Shown here: positions 1 through 11,099 of the stretch, one piece after another
Numbering within the stretch: position 1 is the stretch's first letter
How the letters are laid out: each line of letters begins with the position of its first letter
Assembly (NCBI RefSeq): GCF_030028105.1
Contig: NC_092383.1
Location: forward strand, 76,673,359-76,737,358
Length of the DNA stretch: 64,000 bases
Source of the DNA: Mobula birostris
Lineage: Eukaryota
Reading direction: 5' to 3'
The notes under the pieces: generated by a model
Told to the model about the DNA's origin: nothing
Databases searched by the model: none
What the model saw: only the letters and a program-made list of their open reading frames with translations
Translations under genes and position numbers: made by a program

Positions 1-802
1 CCAGACAGAATATAAGGTGTTGTTCCTCCAACCTGAGTGTGGCTTCATCTTTACAGTAGAGGAGGCCGTGGATGGACATGTCAGAATGGGAATGGGATGT
101 GGAATTAAAATGTGTGGCCACTGGGAGATCCTGCTTTCTCTGGCGGACAGAGCGTAGATGTTCAGCAAAGCGGTCTCCCAGTCTGCGTCGGGTCTCGCCA
201 ATATATAAAAGGCCACATCGGGAGCACTGGACGCAGTATATCACCCCAGTCGACTCACAGGTGAAGTGTTGCCTCACCTGGAAGGACTGTTTGGGGCCCT
301 GAATGGTGGTAAGGGAGGAAGTGTAAGGGCATGTGTAGCACTTGTTCCGCTTACACGGATAAGTGCCAGGAGGGTCGGGGGGGACGAATGGACAAGGGAG
401 TTGCGTAGGGAGCGACTTTCTCTCACTCTCCTTTTTCTCCCTCTGTCCCTCTGAATATACCCCTTGCCCATCCTCTGGGTCCCCCCCCCTTGCCTTTCTT
501 CCCAGACCTCCTGTCCCATGATCCTCTTGTATCCCTTTTGCCTATCACCTGTCCAGCTCTTGGCTCCATCCCTCCCCCTCCTGTCTTCTCCTATCATTTT
601 GGATCTCCCCCTCCCCCTCCAACTTTCAAATCCCTTACTCACTCTTCCTTCAGTTAGTCCTGACGAAGGGTCTCGGCCTGAAACGTCGACTCCACCTCTT
701 CCTACAGATGCTGCCTGGCCTGCTGCGTTCACCAGCAACTTTGATGTGTGTTGCTGGAATATAAGGTGTTGCTCCTCTAACCTGAGTGTGGCTTCATCTT
801 TA
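1..802. mobile_element. Penelope-like retroelement (PLE) remnant with inversions: 1-415 GIY-YIG region (-), 416-755 3' terminal region (+), 757-802 short GIY-YIG piece (-)
   Basis: 1-415 is nearly the reverse complement of ~22856-23290. 416-755 matches ~23385-23726 directly. The minus-strand translation includes KDEATLRLEEQHLIF and PPLPPFRAPNSPSR, as in the 22-23 kb copy. Confidence 0.9.
656..691 (+). ncRNA. Minimal type-I hammerhead ribozyme motif with intact core
   Basis: AGTC-CTGACGA-A-GGGTCTCGGCCT-GAAA-CGTC-GACT. Stem I AGTC/GACT, CUGANGA box 660-666, stem II 667-679, GAAA 680-683, palindromic ACGU in place of stem III, GUC triplet with predicted cut after C687. Confidence 0.75.
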
Positions 803-1619
803 AATTTAGCTTTGTTTGCCCTATGTACATCAAAACATTGAAGTATAAATAAAATGCGTCTTTTCTGACAACAACTAAGATAGTCAAATATGTGCTGGGG
901 CAGCCTGTAGGTGTCGCTATGCTTCTGGTGCCAACACTGCTTGCCCACTGTTAGGGCATATTCTGGAGTTGGGACATATTTGCAAATATTGATTTCACCA
1001 GCAACCAATCTTCAGATATGAATGTGGATTATAGATTGAATTTAAAATGCAGCCCTGAACAATAGTTTTCCTGGAGTTGTAGACAGGAGTTAATTGCAAA
1101 CCAGACAATGTTGATTAAAATTCATTTTGGGTATCTGGACTGTGGGTGTGAAGGTGTGTAAAAACTATATGTAATTGAAAGGAAGCATTGTAGATACGTT
1201 CCAGCCATAGAATTGTCCTGCTGTTACCATTGATCTTCAGCATATAAGAATGCCATGTCATAAAAATGTTGGGTCAGGATGGCCTCTTCCTCCAAGTGTG
1301 TCTCAACATGATGCCTACTGTTCATTTTTGTTGAATAAAACACTTCTATATCCACTAGCTTCAGTGTCTCTCCAGTGATTTTGTTCATGTTACAATACTA
1401 AAAGCTATTTGTATTCTTATACACAATTAATCTCTCACCCATCAATTCTCTGCTCACTGACACAGCAGTAAAATGTTTGAATTTTGCAATGCTCACCCTT
1501 CTGCTTAAGTCCTTATCTAGCTTCTCCCTAACCTTTCTCTGCCTTGCAACAAATTGAGAACTTTGCATTTCCCAAATTCTCCATCATTTATTCATCCACC
1601 TCTTCTTTGACCCATCATT

Positions 1620-2580
1620 AAGGAGTAATACAGTAAGGAAACAGAGTCTTTGATCCACTATGTTGGTGCCAGTCATCATGTACTTAAAAATAATACCATA
1701 TTCCAGCACTAGGCCCATAGTTGTCATGTGCTCATCTATATAGAACATAAAAATAACACAACCATACTGTACTTCAGTATTGTGACAGTACTGTCTCCAC
1801 CATCAGTTCAGGTAACATATTCCAGGGTACCATCACCCTCTGGGTGGAAAAAAGTATTTTCTCAAGTATTCTCTAAAGCTCATGCAACTTGCCTTAAACC
1901 CATGCTCTCTGTTCAGTATCTACCCTCTCCATTCCGGTATACTTCAATCAGGACACCTTTCAGCTTTCTCCACCTATCCATTCTCTCATAACTGAAATGT
2001 ACTTTCCTCGGCAACATGCTGGTCAATGTTCTCTGCTGCAGCCTTCACAATGCAATCACATTCTGGCTTTAGTGTGGTTACCAGAATTGCACACTTTTTC
2101 AGCTGTGGACTAACCAATTTCATATTTAGTAGCACCGCAGATAATTATCACTGATCTGAACTGAATATTGACTCTTTTTTGTGTTTTATAATTTGTTTTT
2201 CACTCATTCTTTTTTGTTGCCATTTGCATGATTTATTTTTTGTGCGTGGGAGAGGGTTAATGTTTTTCTTTGTACGGGTTCCATGGTTTTGTTTCATGAC
2301 CGTCTGTGGGGAAGAAGAATCTCAGGGTTGTACACTGTATTCTATACATAGTTTGATAAATGTACTTTCAATCCCTCCTTTGAACTATAATCTCCCCGCT
2401 TTTATGCACTGACTAAATGAAGGTAAGTATCATGTACGTTGTCTTCAGAACCTTTTCTGCCTACATTGATGTCTTCAGTTCTTAAACTTCTACATCAAGG
2501 TCCCTCTCTACCATACCACTTCTTAGTGTCCTACCAATGTCTAGGTCCTAGCATAATTAGTCCTTCTAAATATTACATTA
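1620..2580 (-). mobile_element. Old, degraded CR1 LINE 3' fragment interrupted by a Rex-type 3' end (~2130-2370)
   Basis: Shares motifs with other minus-strand CR1 copies here, e.g. tgcaatcacattct...ccagaattgcaca versus 8571-8610. Confidence 0.55.
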
Positions 2581-2803
2581 TTCAGGATTAACTTCAACTG
2601 CCGGTTTTATTCCCATTTTACTAACTCATCGATATTATTAACCGAATAATATCGTTGTCTGTAAGATGGAATGAGGTAAGCACAAGAGGAGCGAAAAGAT
2701 AGAAGGAGATTCTATAGGGTTTGAGTGTGGACTGAAGGTCCAATGGAGTATAAACATCGGTCGATTTCTCTGTAGTAACACTCTATGTTTTTATTTATTG
2801 TAG

Positions 2804-2865
2804 GGTTCAAGAATCGCTTTGTGAAACCAAAAGGAGCAAGAAATCCTTCTCCAGACTGGGTCTGA
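2804..2865 (+). CDS. PTPN22: Last coding exon of PEST-family tyrosine phosphatase PTPN22 (CTH motif)
   Basis: Acceptor ttttatttattgtag ends at 2803. The phase-1 exon reads (G)FKNRFVKPKGARNPSPDWV* with TGA at 2863-2865. This resembles the human PTPN22 C-terminus as I recall it ([21 protein letters not shown]). Its position upstream of RSBN1 on the same strand favours PTPN22 over PTPN12 or PTPN18. Confidence 0.88.
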
Positions 2866-4369
2866 CACTACCCTCAGTGAATTCTTCCCACAGCCAGAAG
2901 TTGAAAGCATTGATGCGCAAGGCTGGGGTTGTCTTCTGAATTTGCTCCTCCGGACCCCCATTTCCCATGGGACGAGAAAATCCGTCATGCAAGTGAAAAG
3001 CAGAATTCCTGTTCTCCCTCATTACAAACAAAGCACAGCTGAAAGCAAATTCTCCGAAATCATTTACTTCATAAACAGGCCACTGAACAGAAAGAATGAA
3101 TCCATAACACTTTGCTAAAAGGTTCTGACTCCGGTCTATTTGATGAAGCACAGATTCATATTTGAAGAACCACAGGGTTACAATCAATTATGAACATAAT
3201 GAACTGCACACTGACACTGGTGTGTCTGAGGTGGAACATTGAGAGTGAGAGATTTGGAGTCTTCTTCCTTTCTATCTGGCTTTGATTATTTTCCCAACAC
3301 AGACATTTTCAGTGGTTGGGGATGAACCTGCTGCAAACATGTTGTAAACTCGATCATATCAGTAAAGAATGGCTGGGATTTGTATTTTCACTGGGATTGG
3401 TCTTTTTATTTCATTTCCCACAAGAAACAATGGGATGGTTTGAGGGGTATGGGCAGAATGCATTCAATGCCATTTGTGAATTGCAGGGATCCAGTTAAGT
3501 ACCATGGAATTGCAACCTATGACTATGGTGTATGGTGCATGGTATAGGCTGAGGATTTCTTGTGGGATGAGGGTTGGCGGGAGTTGGGTACAGAGGAGTG
3601 GGAGTGGACTCAACAGCCTGGACAGAACATACCCAGTGCAGGACTCAGTGGGGGCGGGGGGGGCACAGAGAGGATTTCTTGCAGTATGGAAAAAAGATTA
3701 GGTGTTAACAGCAGTTCAAGAGTTGTGCTGAGTGTCGAGATGCTGATAAATATATCCATTTCTTCGAATGTAAACATATAGTGGCTAAGATTGTCTTTCA
3801 GAAAGGAAGCCATCTCTGATAACGGGAACCTTACAAAGAAATCATTGGATGCAAGATGAACAAATTAATCCACCTGATTTGCGCGATTCCTGTTGGGTTT
3901 GATATGATGATCTATTTATTGCTTGCTGTGGCAATAGAGCAGTGTGCTAGGTAATCACTAGATGGAGCCAAAATGTGGTGCTCAAGAAGAAACAAATAAC
4001 ATAAGACTGAACGCACATAGCTAAGTGATCCCTGCGTCGTTGTCAACAAGCTTTGAGCTCACAGACTATTGATTTTTGTTTTCAATCTCATAATATGATC
4101 TTGCTTCTTTGTACTAAACACCAGAGGAACCACTGTCCAATGAACAATTTGTTTAAAATGAAATGTCTTTGGGGAATTTATAAGCACCCTGGTCCCATCC
4201 CTTTGAACCAGCTGCATATTATAGAAGCACATAAATTTATTATAGGAACAGACTGAGAATTCCACTGTAGTCATAGGAAATAGGTAGAAGCTAGTGCCAT
4301 GATTACTAATGCTAATTCTTTGTTTTTGTGCTATTCTCTAGGAATTAATTAAACAGTTGAACAATTAAA

Positions 4370-4456
4370 AATAAATCATTGCAATTAATTCCAGATTTTT
4401 AAAGTTAATGGAGGTTTAATTACAGCTTTAATCACACTATTGCCAACAATAATAAA
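4370..4456 (+). terminator. Candidate PTPN22 polyadenylation signals (AATAAA at 4370-4375 and 4451-4456)
   Basis: Two AATAAA hexamers close a ~1.5 kb largely repeat-free stretch after the stop codon. Usage cannot be established from sequence. Confidence 0.35.
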
Positions 4457-4656
4457 ACACTCATATTTTCAAATAGTCTCACGGAAAATATTCTGCCTTC
4501 ATAACCTCTAATAATGTAATTTAGAAAATGTCTTCATGCTCAAATCCTTCCAGGAACGTAGCCTCCCAAACTCTGTAAACCACATCCCCACCAGACCTGC
4601 AACCTTCTGATCCTGACAGTTCCCTGTTCTGGGCTTTTATTTATTTATGGAAAATG

Positions 4657-4744
4657 AGAGAGAGGGAGAGAGGAGGAGGAGGGGAGAGGGAGAGAGGAGG
4701 AGGGGAGAGGGAGAGAGGAGGAGGGGGAGAGAGGGAGAGAGAAA
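4657..4744 (+). repeat. Pure polypurine minisatellite, about 3-4 copies of a ~21-bp GGAGAGAGGAGGAGGGGAGAG-like unit
   Basis: Seen directly. It generates the spurious ERERGGGG ORF at 4654-4842. Confidence 0.9.
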
Positions 4745-4769
4745 CAAACAAACAGGCCTCCTGGCCTAA

Positions 4770-5010
4770 GGAGTCACATTGCCCAGCAACCCACCTATTT
4801 AACACTAGCCTAATCACAGGACAATTTACAATGACCAATTAACCCACTAACCAGCATGTCTTTGGGATATGGGGGAAAATTGGAGCACCCAGAGGGAACA
4901 CATGCAGTTTGTGGAGAGAATGTACAAACTCCTTCCAGACAGCATTGGAATTGAACTCCAAACTCCGGAACACCCTGAACTGTAAGAGTATCATGCTACC
5001 ATGGTGCCCA
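4770..5010 (-). mobile_element. tRNA-derived V-SINE-like element; related copies at ~7990-8110(-), 31880-32080(-), 39545-39640(+), 41300-41490(-), 55130-55420(+), 63160-63435(-)
   Basis: Shared core tctttggga-tgtggga-gaaa-cggagcacccagaggaaacc...tacaaactcc...ggaattgaac. The + copy at ~55133 begins with A-box-like and B-box-like sequence (gtagtggtta...gggtttaattccc). Confidence 0.7.
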
Positions 5011-6122
5011 AATTTCCTGTCCCCCACCAAGGGTGGCCACTCAGCTCAGTATCAAAACTTTATCAAGCGAATATATGGAAAATTGTTCTGCTTTGGACAA
5101 GACTCTCAAAGTTGACTGAAATCTGAGCAATAGCTTGCCACAGGGATGAGGAAAAACACGATTTGACATGTAAATTGGGCTAAGCCATGTTGCCAGAAGC
5201 TTTACTGTAATTGTATGAGTGAACTTTAAAGTATCAGTGACAGAGCAGAAAGATTAAAAACTTAACTGTGTAGTATTAAAGGTTAGCTTTAAGACACAGG
5301 AGCAGAGAGAGGTAAAGGATTGGATGGTGAGTGTGTGGTAGGGAAATTAAGTTATGGCATTGAGAGGGAGACCAAGTGTCTCTATGAAAGCAAAGTGATA
5401 AAACAACAAAATTCACAACATAAAGGACGTCCCTGATAATACACTCAATTCTGATTCTGACAGTGAACAAGCCAAATTCAATAAGGAAAGAAAAATTAGA
5501 TTCCCTTTGAGACAGAGGAGTCTGTGAGCCCGAGCCACGGATATTACCTGCTGCTTTGATCGTCTCAGTTCATGTTCTCCAACAGCCTCATACAAGGCAA
5601 TCACGAGCTGCCTGTGTCTCCCGCAACTACTCAACTCAGTACTCCTATCTCACCAGGATATAGTGGAGGATGGAAACAATATAGCTACCCAGCAAACTGA
5701 TGTATTGCTTTACTTCAGCTTCAATGATCAACGCCACACAAGTCTTTATAACCTACTGCACAGTATCACTACAGGTATTCACCATTTAGCATCTCCGACC
5801 ATTCCCAATGTATTCATTTTTAGAAACCAACATCGAAGGCAGCTTGTGGAAAGTTTGCTTTTATAATTATTCTTTAAAGCCTGGGTATTAAAAAAAATGT
5901 TAATTTCCATTTTAATGGTACATTATTGGCAATTACTCATTAGCTGTTGAATTAATACTTAATTACTGGAACTGTTGTATTATGCTGTTGTAATATTTAA
6001 TCACCAGAACTATTGTAAGCAACTGATAGCAGTCAATCATAGAAATAGTTTTAAAAAGTTTTTTATATTATTGCCTTTGAAAGTTTTGCTATACTGAGGT
6101 ACCAGAAAGCATGCCAATAAGG

Positions 6123-6192
6123 CAGGGGTTCCCAACCGGGCCCCTCGGTTAATGATGAGGCTCTGTGGCATAAAAGAGGTTGGGAACCCCAG
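6123..6192. mobile_element. 70-bp hAT (Charlie-like) MITE
   Basis: TIRs CAGGGGTTCCCAACC / GGTTGGGAACCCCAG. 8-bp TSD caataagg (6115-6122) / caataaag (6193-6200). Confidence 0.8.
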
Positions 6193-6309
6193 CAATAAAG
6201 TAAAGAGATGATTTTTTTTTTTAACCACCTAGTTGGCTCTGAGAAGACAGTCACATACAAGAAAGTATATGTTGAATGATTGACATTTGGAAAAAGATAA
6301 TTGATGGTA

Positions 6310-7830
6310 AGATATCCTAGGCCGATCCCTCTAGGAATATTTCTCGTATGAGAAAGGAATCTTCACCGGGCATTGGTGAGGTACCAGCTGGCTAGAGGAC
6401 AGCAAATGTGGTTTCATTTTTCAAGAAAGATAGCAGGGAAATAATTAGTAACTTTAGACCTGTTAGCCTAGCACCACTGATAAAAAAAAATGTTAACGGA
6501 AAAAAAAATCTGAGGGATATAATGAATGATCAGTTGGGAAGTCAGGGACTAATCAGAGGCAGCCAATATGACTTTGTTATCGGCAGATCCTCTCTGACTC
6601 ATTTTACTGAATTATCTGAAGAGGTAACACCATGCGTTGACGAGGGCAGGGCAAAAGAGGTGTTTTACAAAGACAAGGTTCTGCATGGGAGACCAGTTCA
6701 GCAAGTTAGGGGCTCATGGGATCCAAGTTGGCGAACTGGGCCCAAAACTGGCTAGGCAATAGGAGGCAAAGGGTGATGGTAGAGAATTGTTTCTGCAGTC
6801 GGATGGCTGTGATTATTGGGACCTCAAAAGGATATGTACTGGGACTCTAGCTCCTTGTAACATGTTTGAATGACTTGCATGTGGATGTGGGAGGCAAAAC
6901 ACGTAAGAAAAGGAATAACACAAAGATTGCAGAGTTATTGATGGTGTGGAAGGTGGTTATAGCCTTGATGGGTGGGTGAAATGGACTAGAAAATGACAGA
7001 AGCAGTTTAAATGTGAGCTGATGCATTTTTGATGAGACAAGGACATACACCACAAATGGTAGGGCTTTAGCAAATATTGAGGGACAGAAGGATCCTGAAA
7101 AACAAGTTCATGGATTCTTGAAGGTTGCAACACAGGCAGATAATATAGTTAGGAAGGGATATAAGATGCCCTTCATTAACCAGGAAATTACAAAGAGAAG
7201 TAAGGAGGTTATGCTCCAACTTTCTAAAACCTTGGTCAAGCCCCAGCTGGAATACTCAGTACAGTTCTAGTCACCAAGGTGCTGGGATGTACTTGCGCTG
7301 GAGAGGATGCAGGACAGATCACTTGGAAGCTGCGTGGGATGGAATAGTTCAGTTATGAGCAGAGACTGGGGAATGGATCTGTTCTCCTTGGACCAGAGGA
7401 ATAGTCATTAGTGAGGAATATAAAATCATGAGGGGTAGGGATAGGATAGGATTCAGGTAACCTTCACATCAGAGGCAATAAAACTCGAGGACACAGGTTT
7501 AGGACAGGGGTTCCCACCTGGGGTCCATGGATCCCTCAGTTAATGTTAGGGATCCATGGCATATAGAAGCTTGGTTTAGGGTAGGGGAGAAGAGACTTAA
7601 AGGGGATATGGGAGGACCTTCTTCATCCAGAGAGTGAAATGCAATGCCTGAGAGTGTGCTTGAAGCTGACTTATTGATGGCATTTAAGAAGAGTCTAGGT
7701 GAGCACTTGAATTGCTTAGGCATTGAGGGTCAGAGAAGTGCTGGGTGATGAAATTAATATAGGAAGGTGCCCACTAGTCAACATGAAAAAATTGGGCTGA
7801 TTGGCCTATGTGCATGCTGTACAGTACCAT
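6310..7830 (+). mobile_element. Degenerate CR1 LINE ORF2 (reverse transcriptase) and 3' end
   Basis: ORF 6408-6755 contains FKKDSR..SNFRPVSL..SQYDFV.GRSSLT (CR1 RT N-terminal motifs). Downstream LVKPQLEY-like region. Many stops and frameshifts. Confidence 0.85.
7505..7573. mobile_element. hAT MITE inserted in CR1, right TIR eroded
   Basis: Left TIR CAGGGGTTCCCA. TSD gtttagga (7497-7504) / gtttaggg (7574-7581). Confidence 0.65.
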
Positions 7831-8399
7831 GAGAATGTCATTTAACCCACTGACGCTATGTCTGATCTCTAACAATCCCAGGAATCACAGTCACACCTTC
7901 ATTTCCCTGTGCTCTAGTCTTTCATAGTGCCCATTAACACCCGGATTCTCCCACCATTCACTTTCAGTCAGAATCATTTACCAATCAACCAACTGCCAGC
8001 ACATTTTGGGATGTGGCAAAAAAAAAAACTGGCTCACCCAGCAAAACCTTTGTCATGGGGAAGAATGAAAACACTCCACATAGGTGGCACCAATGGTCCG
8101 ATTCGAACCAAATTACCCATATGAACAAGCATTGTTAGTAGTCCTGTTTCTCTTGTGACAGATACTGACTTATGGAGTATTTTAAGTACTTTCAAAGAGT
8201 CAAAGTGTATTTATTATCAGAAGTATGTACGCAGTATATAATCCTGAGATTTGTCTTCCCCACAGACAGCCACGAAACAAACAAAACCATTGAACCAGTT
8301 CAAAGAAAACACCGAGTCGCATGGCTTTCTGTTTTTATTTTGGAATTCACAGTCCCTACATCCAGCAGACTACTATGTAAAGAAGGCATTACATTTGCT

Positions 8400-9520
8400 G
8401 AGAGTCATAGTACTTAATATGTACTAGAAAAAACCCTTCTACCCATCATATCCATACTCTTAGATCTACGTCCTCTTGTTTCTGATACCCCTAGACATGG
8501 AAAAGATATTAACTATCTATCCTATCCATGCCTCTTGTAATGTAACACATCTACTCTGCACTGTTTCCAGTGCAATCACATCCTTTTTAGTGTGGGAACA
8601 GAACTGCACACAATAGTGTAGCCTAAATGGTGTTTTGTAAAGTGGCAACATTATGTCCCAACTGTTGGTCAGAATGAGAATCGGGTTTAATATCACTGAC
8701 ATACTGTATGACTACGGTAAACACCCCATATAATTCTCCATCACCTTGTCGTCCTTTGTTACTTTCAGGAAACTATGGACTTGGACTCCGAGATTCTCTG
8801 TTCATCAACATTCTCTAGTTCCCGACCACTTATTGTATATATCCTACCCCTATTTGACTCTTCAAACTGTATTGCCTCATGCTTTTCAGGATTAAAGTCT
8901 ATCTGCCAACACTCTGCCTAGCTTTTGAACTGATCTATATTCTGCCTTATGGACCCTCTTCACTATCCAACACATCTCCAATTCTCATGCCATCCACAAA
9001 TACGCTAAACATACCTCCTACATCCACATCCAGTTTGTTAATATATACCACAAAAAAACAAAGGTCCCAGCACAGATTCATGTGGGACACCACTGACCCA
9101 CAATTAGAAAAGCTTCCTTCAACCATGACCTTCTGCCTCCTCTCACTTAGCCAATTTTGGATCCAATTAGCCACCTTGCCTTGGACGTGTATACCTTAAT
9201 CTTCTGGATCAGCCTAATGTGCTGGGTGGGTCATGGCAAATGACTTTAGTAAGTCCATATAGGCATCTTCTACTACCCTGCAAGCATCAAACCTCTTAAT
9301 TAGCTCCTCAAAAAATTCACTCGTGTAATGAGCAAGGCAATCCTAGCAATACCCTAATCCATCCCTGACTTTCAAAATGTTCATAAATTCTATCCCTTAG
9401 AACAGGGCTTTCCAACCTGGGGTCCACAGCATTAAAAAGGTTGGGAAACCCTGCCTCAGAATTTTCTTTAATAATTTCCCAATGACTGAGGTAAAACACA
9501 TGGTCTAACAGTTAACCTGC
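8400..9520 (-). mobile_element. Degenerate CR1 LINE ORF2 fragment
   Basis: Minus-strand ORFs include ANWIQNWLSERRQKVMVEG and LPLYKTPFRLHYCVQFCS (CR1 RT motifs). Confidence 0.85.
9403..9453. mobile_element. 51-bp hAT MITE
   Basis: TIRs CAGGGCTTTCCAACC / GGTTGGGAAACCCTG. TSD ccttagaa (9395-9402) / cctcagaa (9454-9461). Confidence 0.8.
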
Positions 9521-9859
9521 TTATTCCAGCTGTGCTAGTTAGAAGGATATTGCTGACAAAGCCAGCATTTATTCTCCATTCCAAATGGCTCTTGAGAAGA
9601 TGGTGAGCCACTTTTATGAACGCTTCTAGACTTTGTGGTGAAGGCACTCAGCAGTCTTGTCAGATGGGAGTTCCAGAAATTACAACAAACTGATGGTGGT
9701 ACATCATTACAGAGAATGGCTCTGATAATCCAACATCAGATTGATTAATAATCCATAATCATTAAAGCACGTCAATTTGAAAACGTGCTTGCAGTGTTTA
9801 ATGAAGATCTTCAGGAATCTTTCCCTCAGACAGCTCACAGGATCCTGTTCCCTGCCTAT

Positions 9860-10545
9860 TCACCCCCTCCCTCACTTCCACTCAGGGCCCCAAACAGTCC
9901 CTCCAGGTGCGGCAACACTTCACCCACAAATCTGCTGGGTGGCGCTCCCGCTGCGGCCTCTTCTGCATTGGTGAGACCCATCATAAATCAGGGGACCACC
10001 TCGTCAAGCACCTCTGCTCCATCTGCCAAAAGCAGAACTTCCTGGTGGTCAAACATCTTAATTCCAATTCTTATTCCTGTTCTGACATGCCAGTCCCTGG
10101 CCTCCTCTTGTGCCATGTGGAGGAGCAACACCCTATATTCTGTCTGGGTAGCCTCCACCCTGATGGCATGAGTATCAATTTCTCCTTCCGGTAAAAAAAA
10201 ATCCTCCCCCATCCCCTCTTCTTTTACCCACTCTGGCTTCCCACCTCTTCTCAGCTGCCTATCACCTCCCCCTGATGCCCCTCTTTCTTCACTTTCTCCT
10301 ACGGTCCACTTTCTTCTCCAGACCTTTAATTCCCATGCCAACCTGCCTTCACCTATCACCTCCTTCCCCTCCCCCCAACTTTTTTATTCTAGCATCTTCC
10401 CCCTTCTTCAACACTCCTGATGAAGTGTTTCAGCTTAAAATGTCAACTGTTTATTTCCAGAGAAACCACTTGGCCTGCTGGTTCCTTCAGCATTTTGTGT
10501 GTTCTCCTTTGGATTTCCAGAATCTGCAGATTTTCTCGAGTTTTT
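9860..10545 (+). mobile_element. Older PLE remnant (GIY-YIG C-terminus and 3' end with a decayed hammerhead at 10412-10449)
   Basis: ORF 9907-10194 reads LFCIGETHHKSGDHL...EEQHPIFCLGSLHPDGMSINFS, homologous to 22591-23337. Motif CTGATGA..AAAA-TGTC-AACTG. Confidence 0.85.
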
Positions 10546-11099
10546 GTCCTATACCCCATGTTCCCCTTAAACGCTCCTCAGCCCTGTCCTCTTTAAACCC
10601 TATGACCTACTATGATCGTTTTAAATTTAGCTTGTTCACTGGAACACTAAAACACTGCCCAGCATCCAAAAATAAGTTAATTAAAAGTGTGCTGGAGTAA
10701 CCTCGGAGAGAAAAAAAAACTCGAGACAATCCACGCCCAAAAGCCGGGGTGCCGGATTATCGGAGTCTCTATTTTTTAGTTCTGGATGGGGAGATGTGTG
10801 ACATGGGGATCGAAGTTTTTTGTTAACTGTGTTAAAACAAAAAGCCCCCCCCCTAATTTAGGGAGAACAATATGCTGTAGATTTAAACCTGAAGCAACAT
10901 AACTGGACCGAAGAAATATCTCGACCTAACTCACCCCATCCCTCCACAGCCGCTGCTTGACCTGCTGAATTCCTCCAGCACTTTGCACGTCACTCTTGAT
11001 TGAGAATAAACTGCAACATGATTTCATTCTTGGTACAAACAGGTTGAGCTAGAACGGGCCACTCAAACCAACTATTTTGGTGAAAGTTTAATTGAACTA

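Noticed and set aside
274-1008. 244-aa minus-strand ORF
   Set aside because: It reads across inverted PLE pieces and a SINE/LINE tail, so it is a chimeric artefact rather than a gene.
2418-2428. Strong donor AAG|GTAAGT as a possible penultimate PTPN22 exon
   Set aside because: It lies within an antisense CR1 remnant, and no PTPN22-like open frame precedes it.
2807-3187. 126-aa minus-strand ORF
   Set aside because: It is antisense to the PTPN22 last exon and 3'UTR and has no recognisable homology.
4654-4842. RE/G-repeat ORF
   Set aside because: It is the translation of a purine minisatellite.
9709-10772. Possible Tigger-like MITE ends (ctctgataatcc ... ggattatcggag) surrounding the 9.9-10.5 kb PLE
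   Set aside because: Only ~12 bp of imperfect inverted match and no clear TA TSD; too weak to call.
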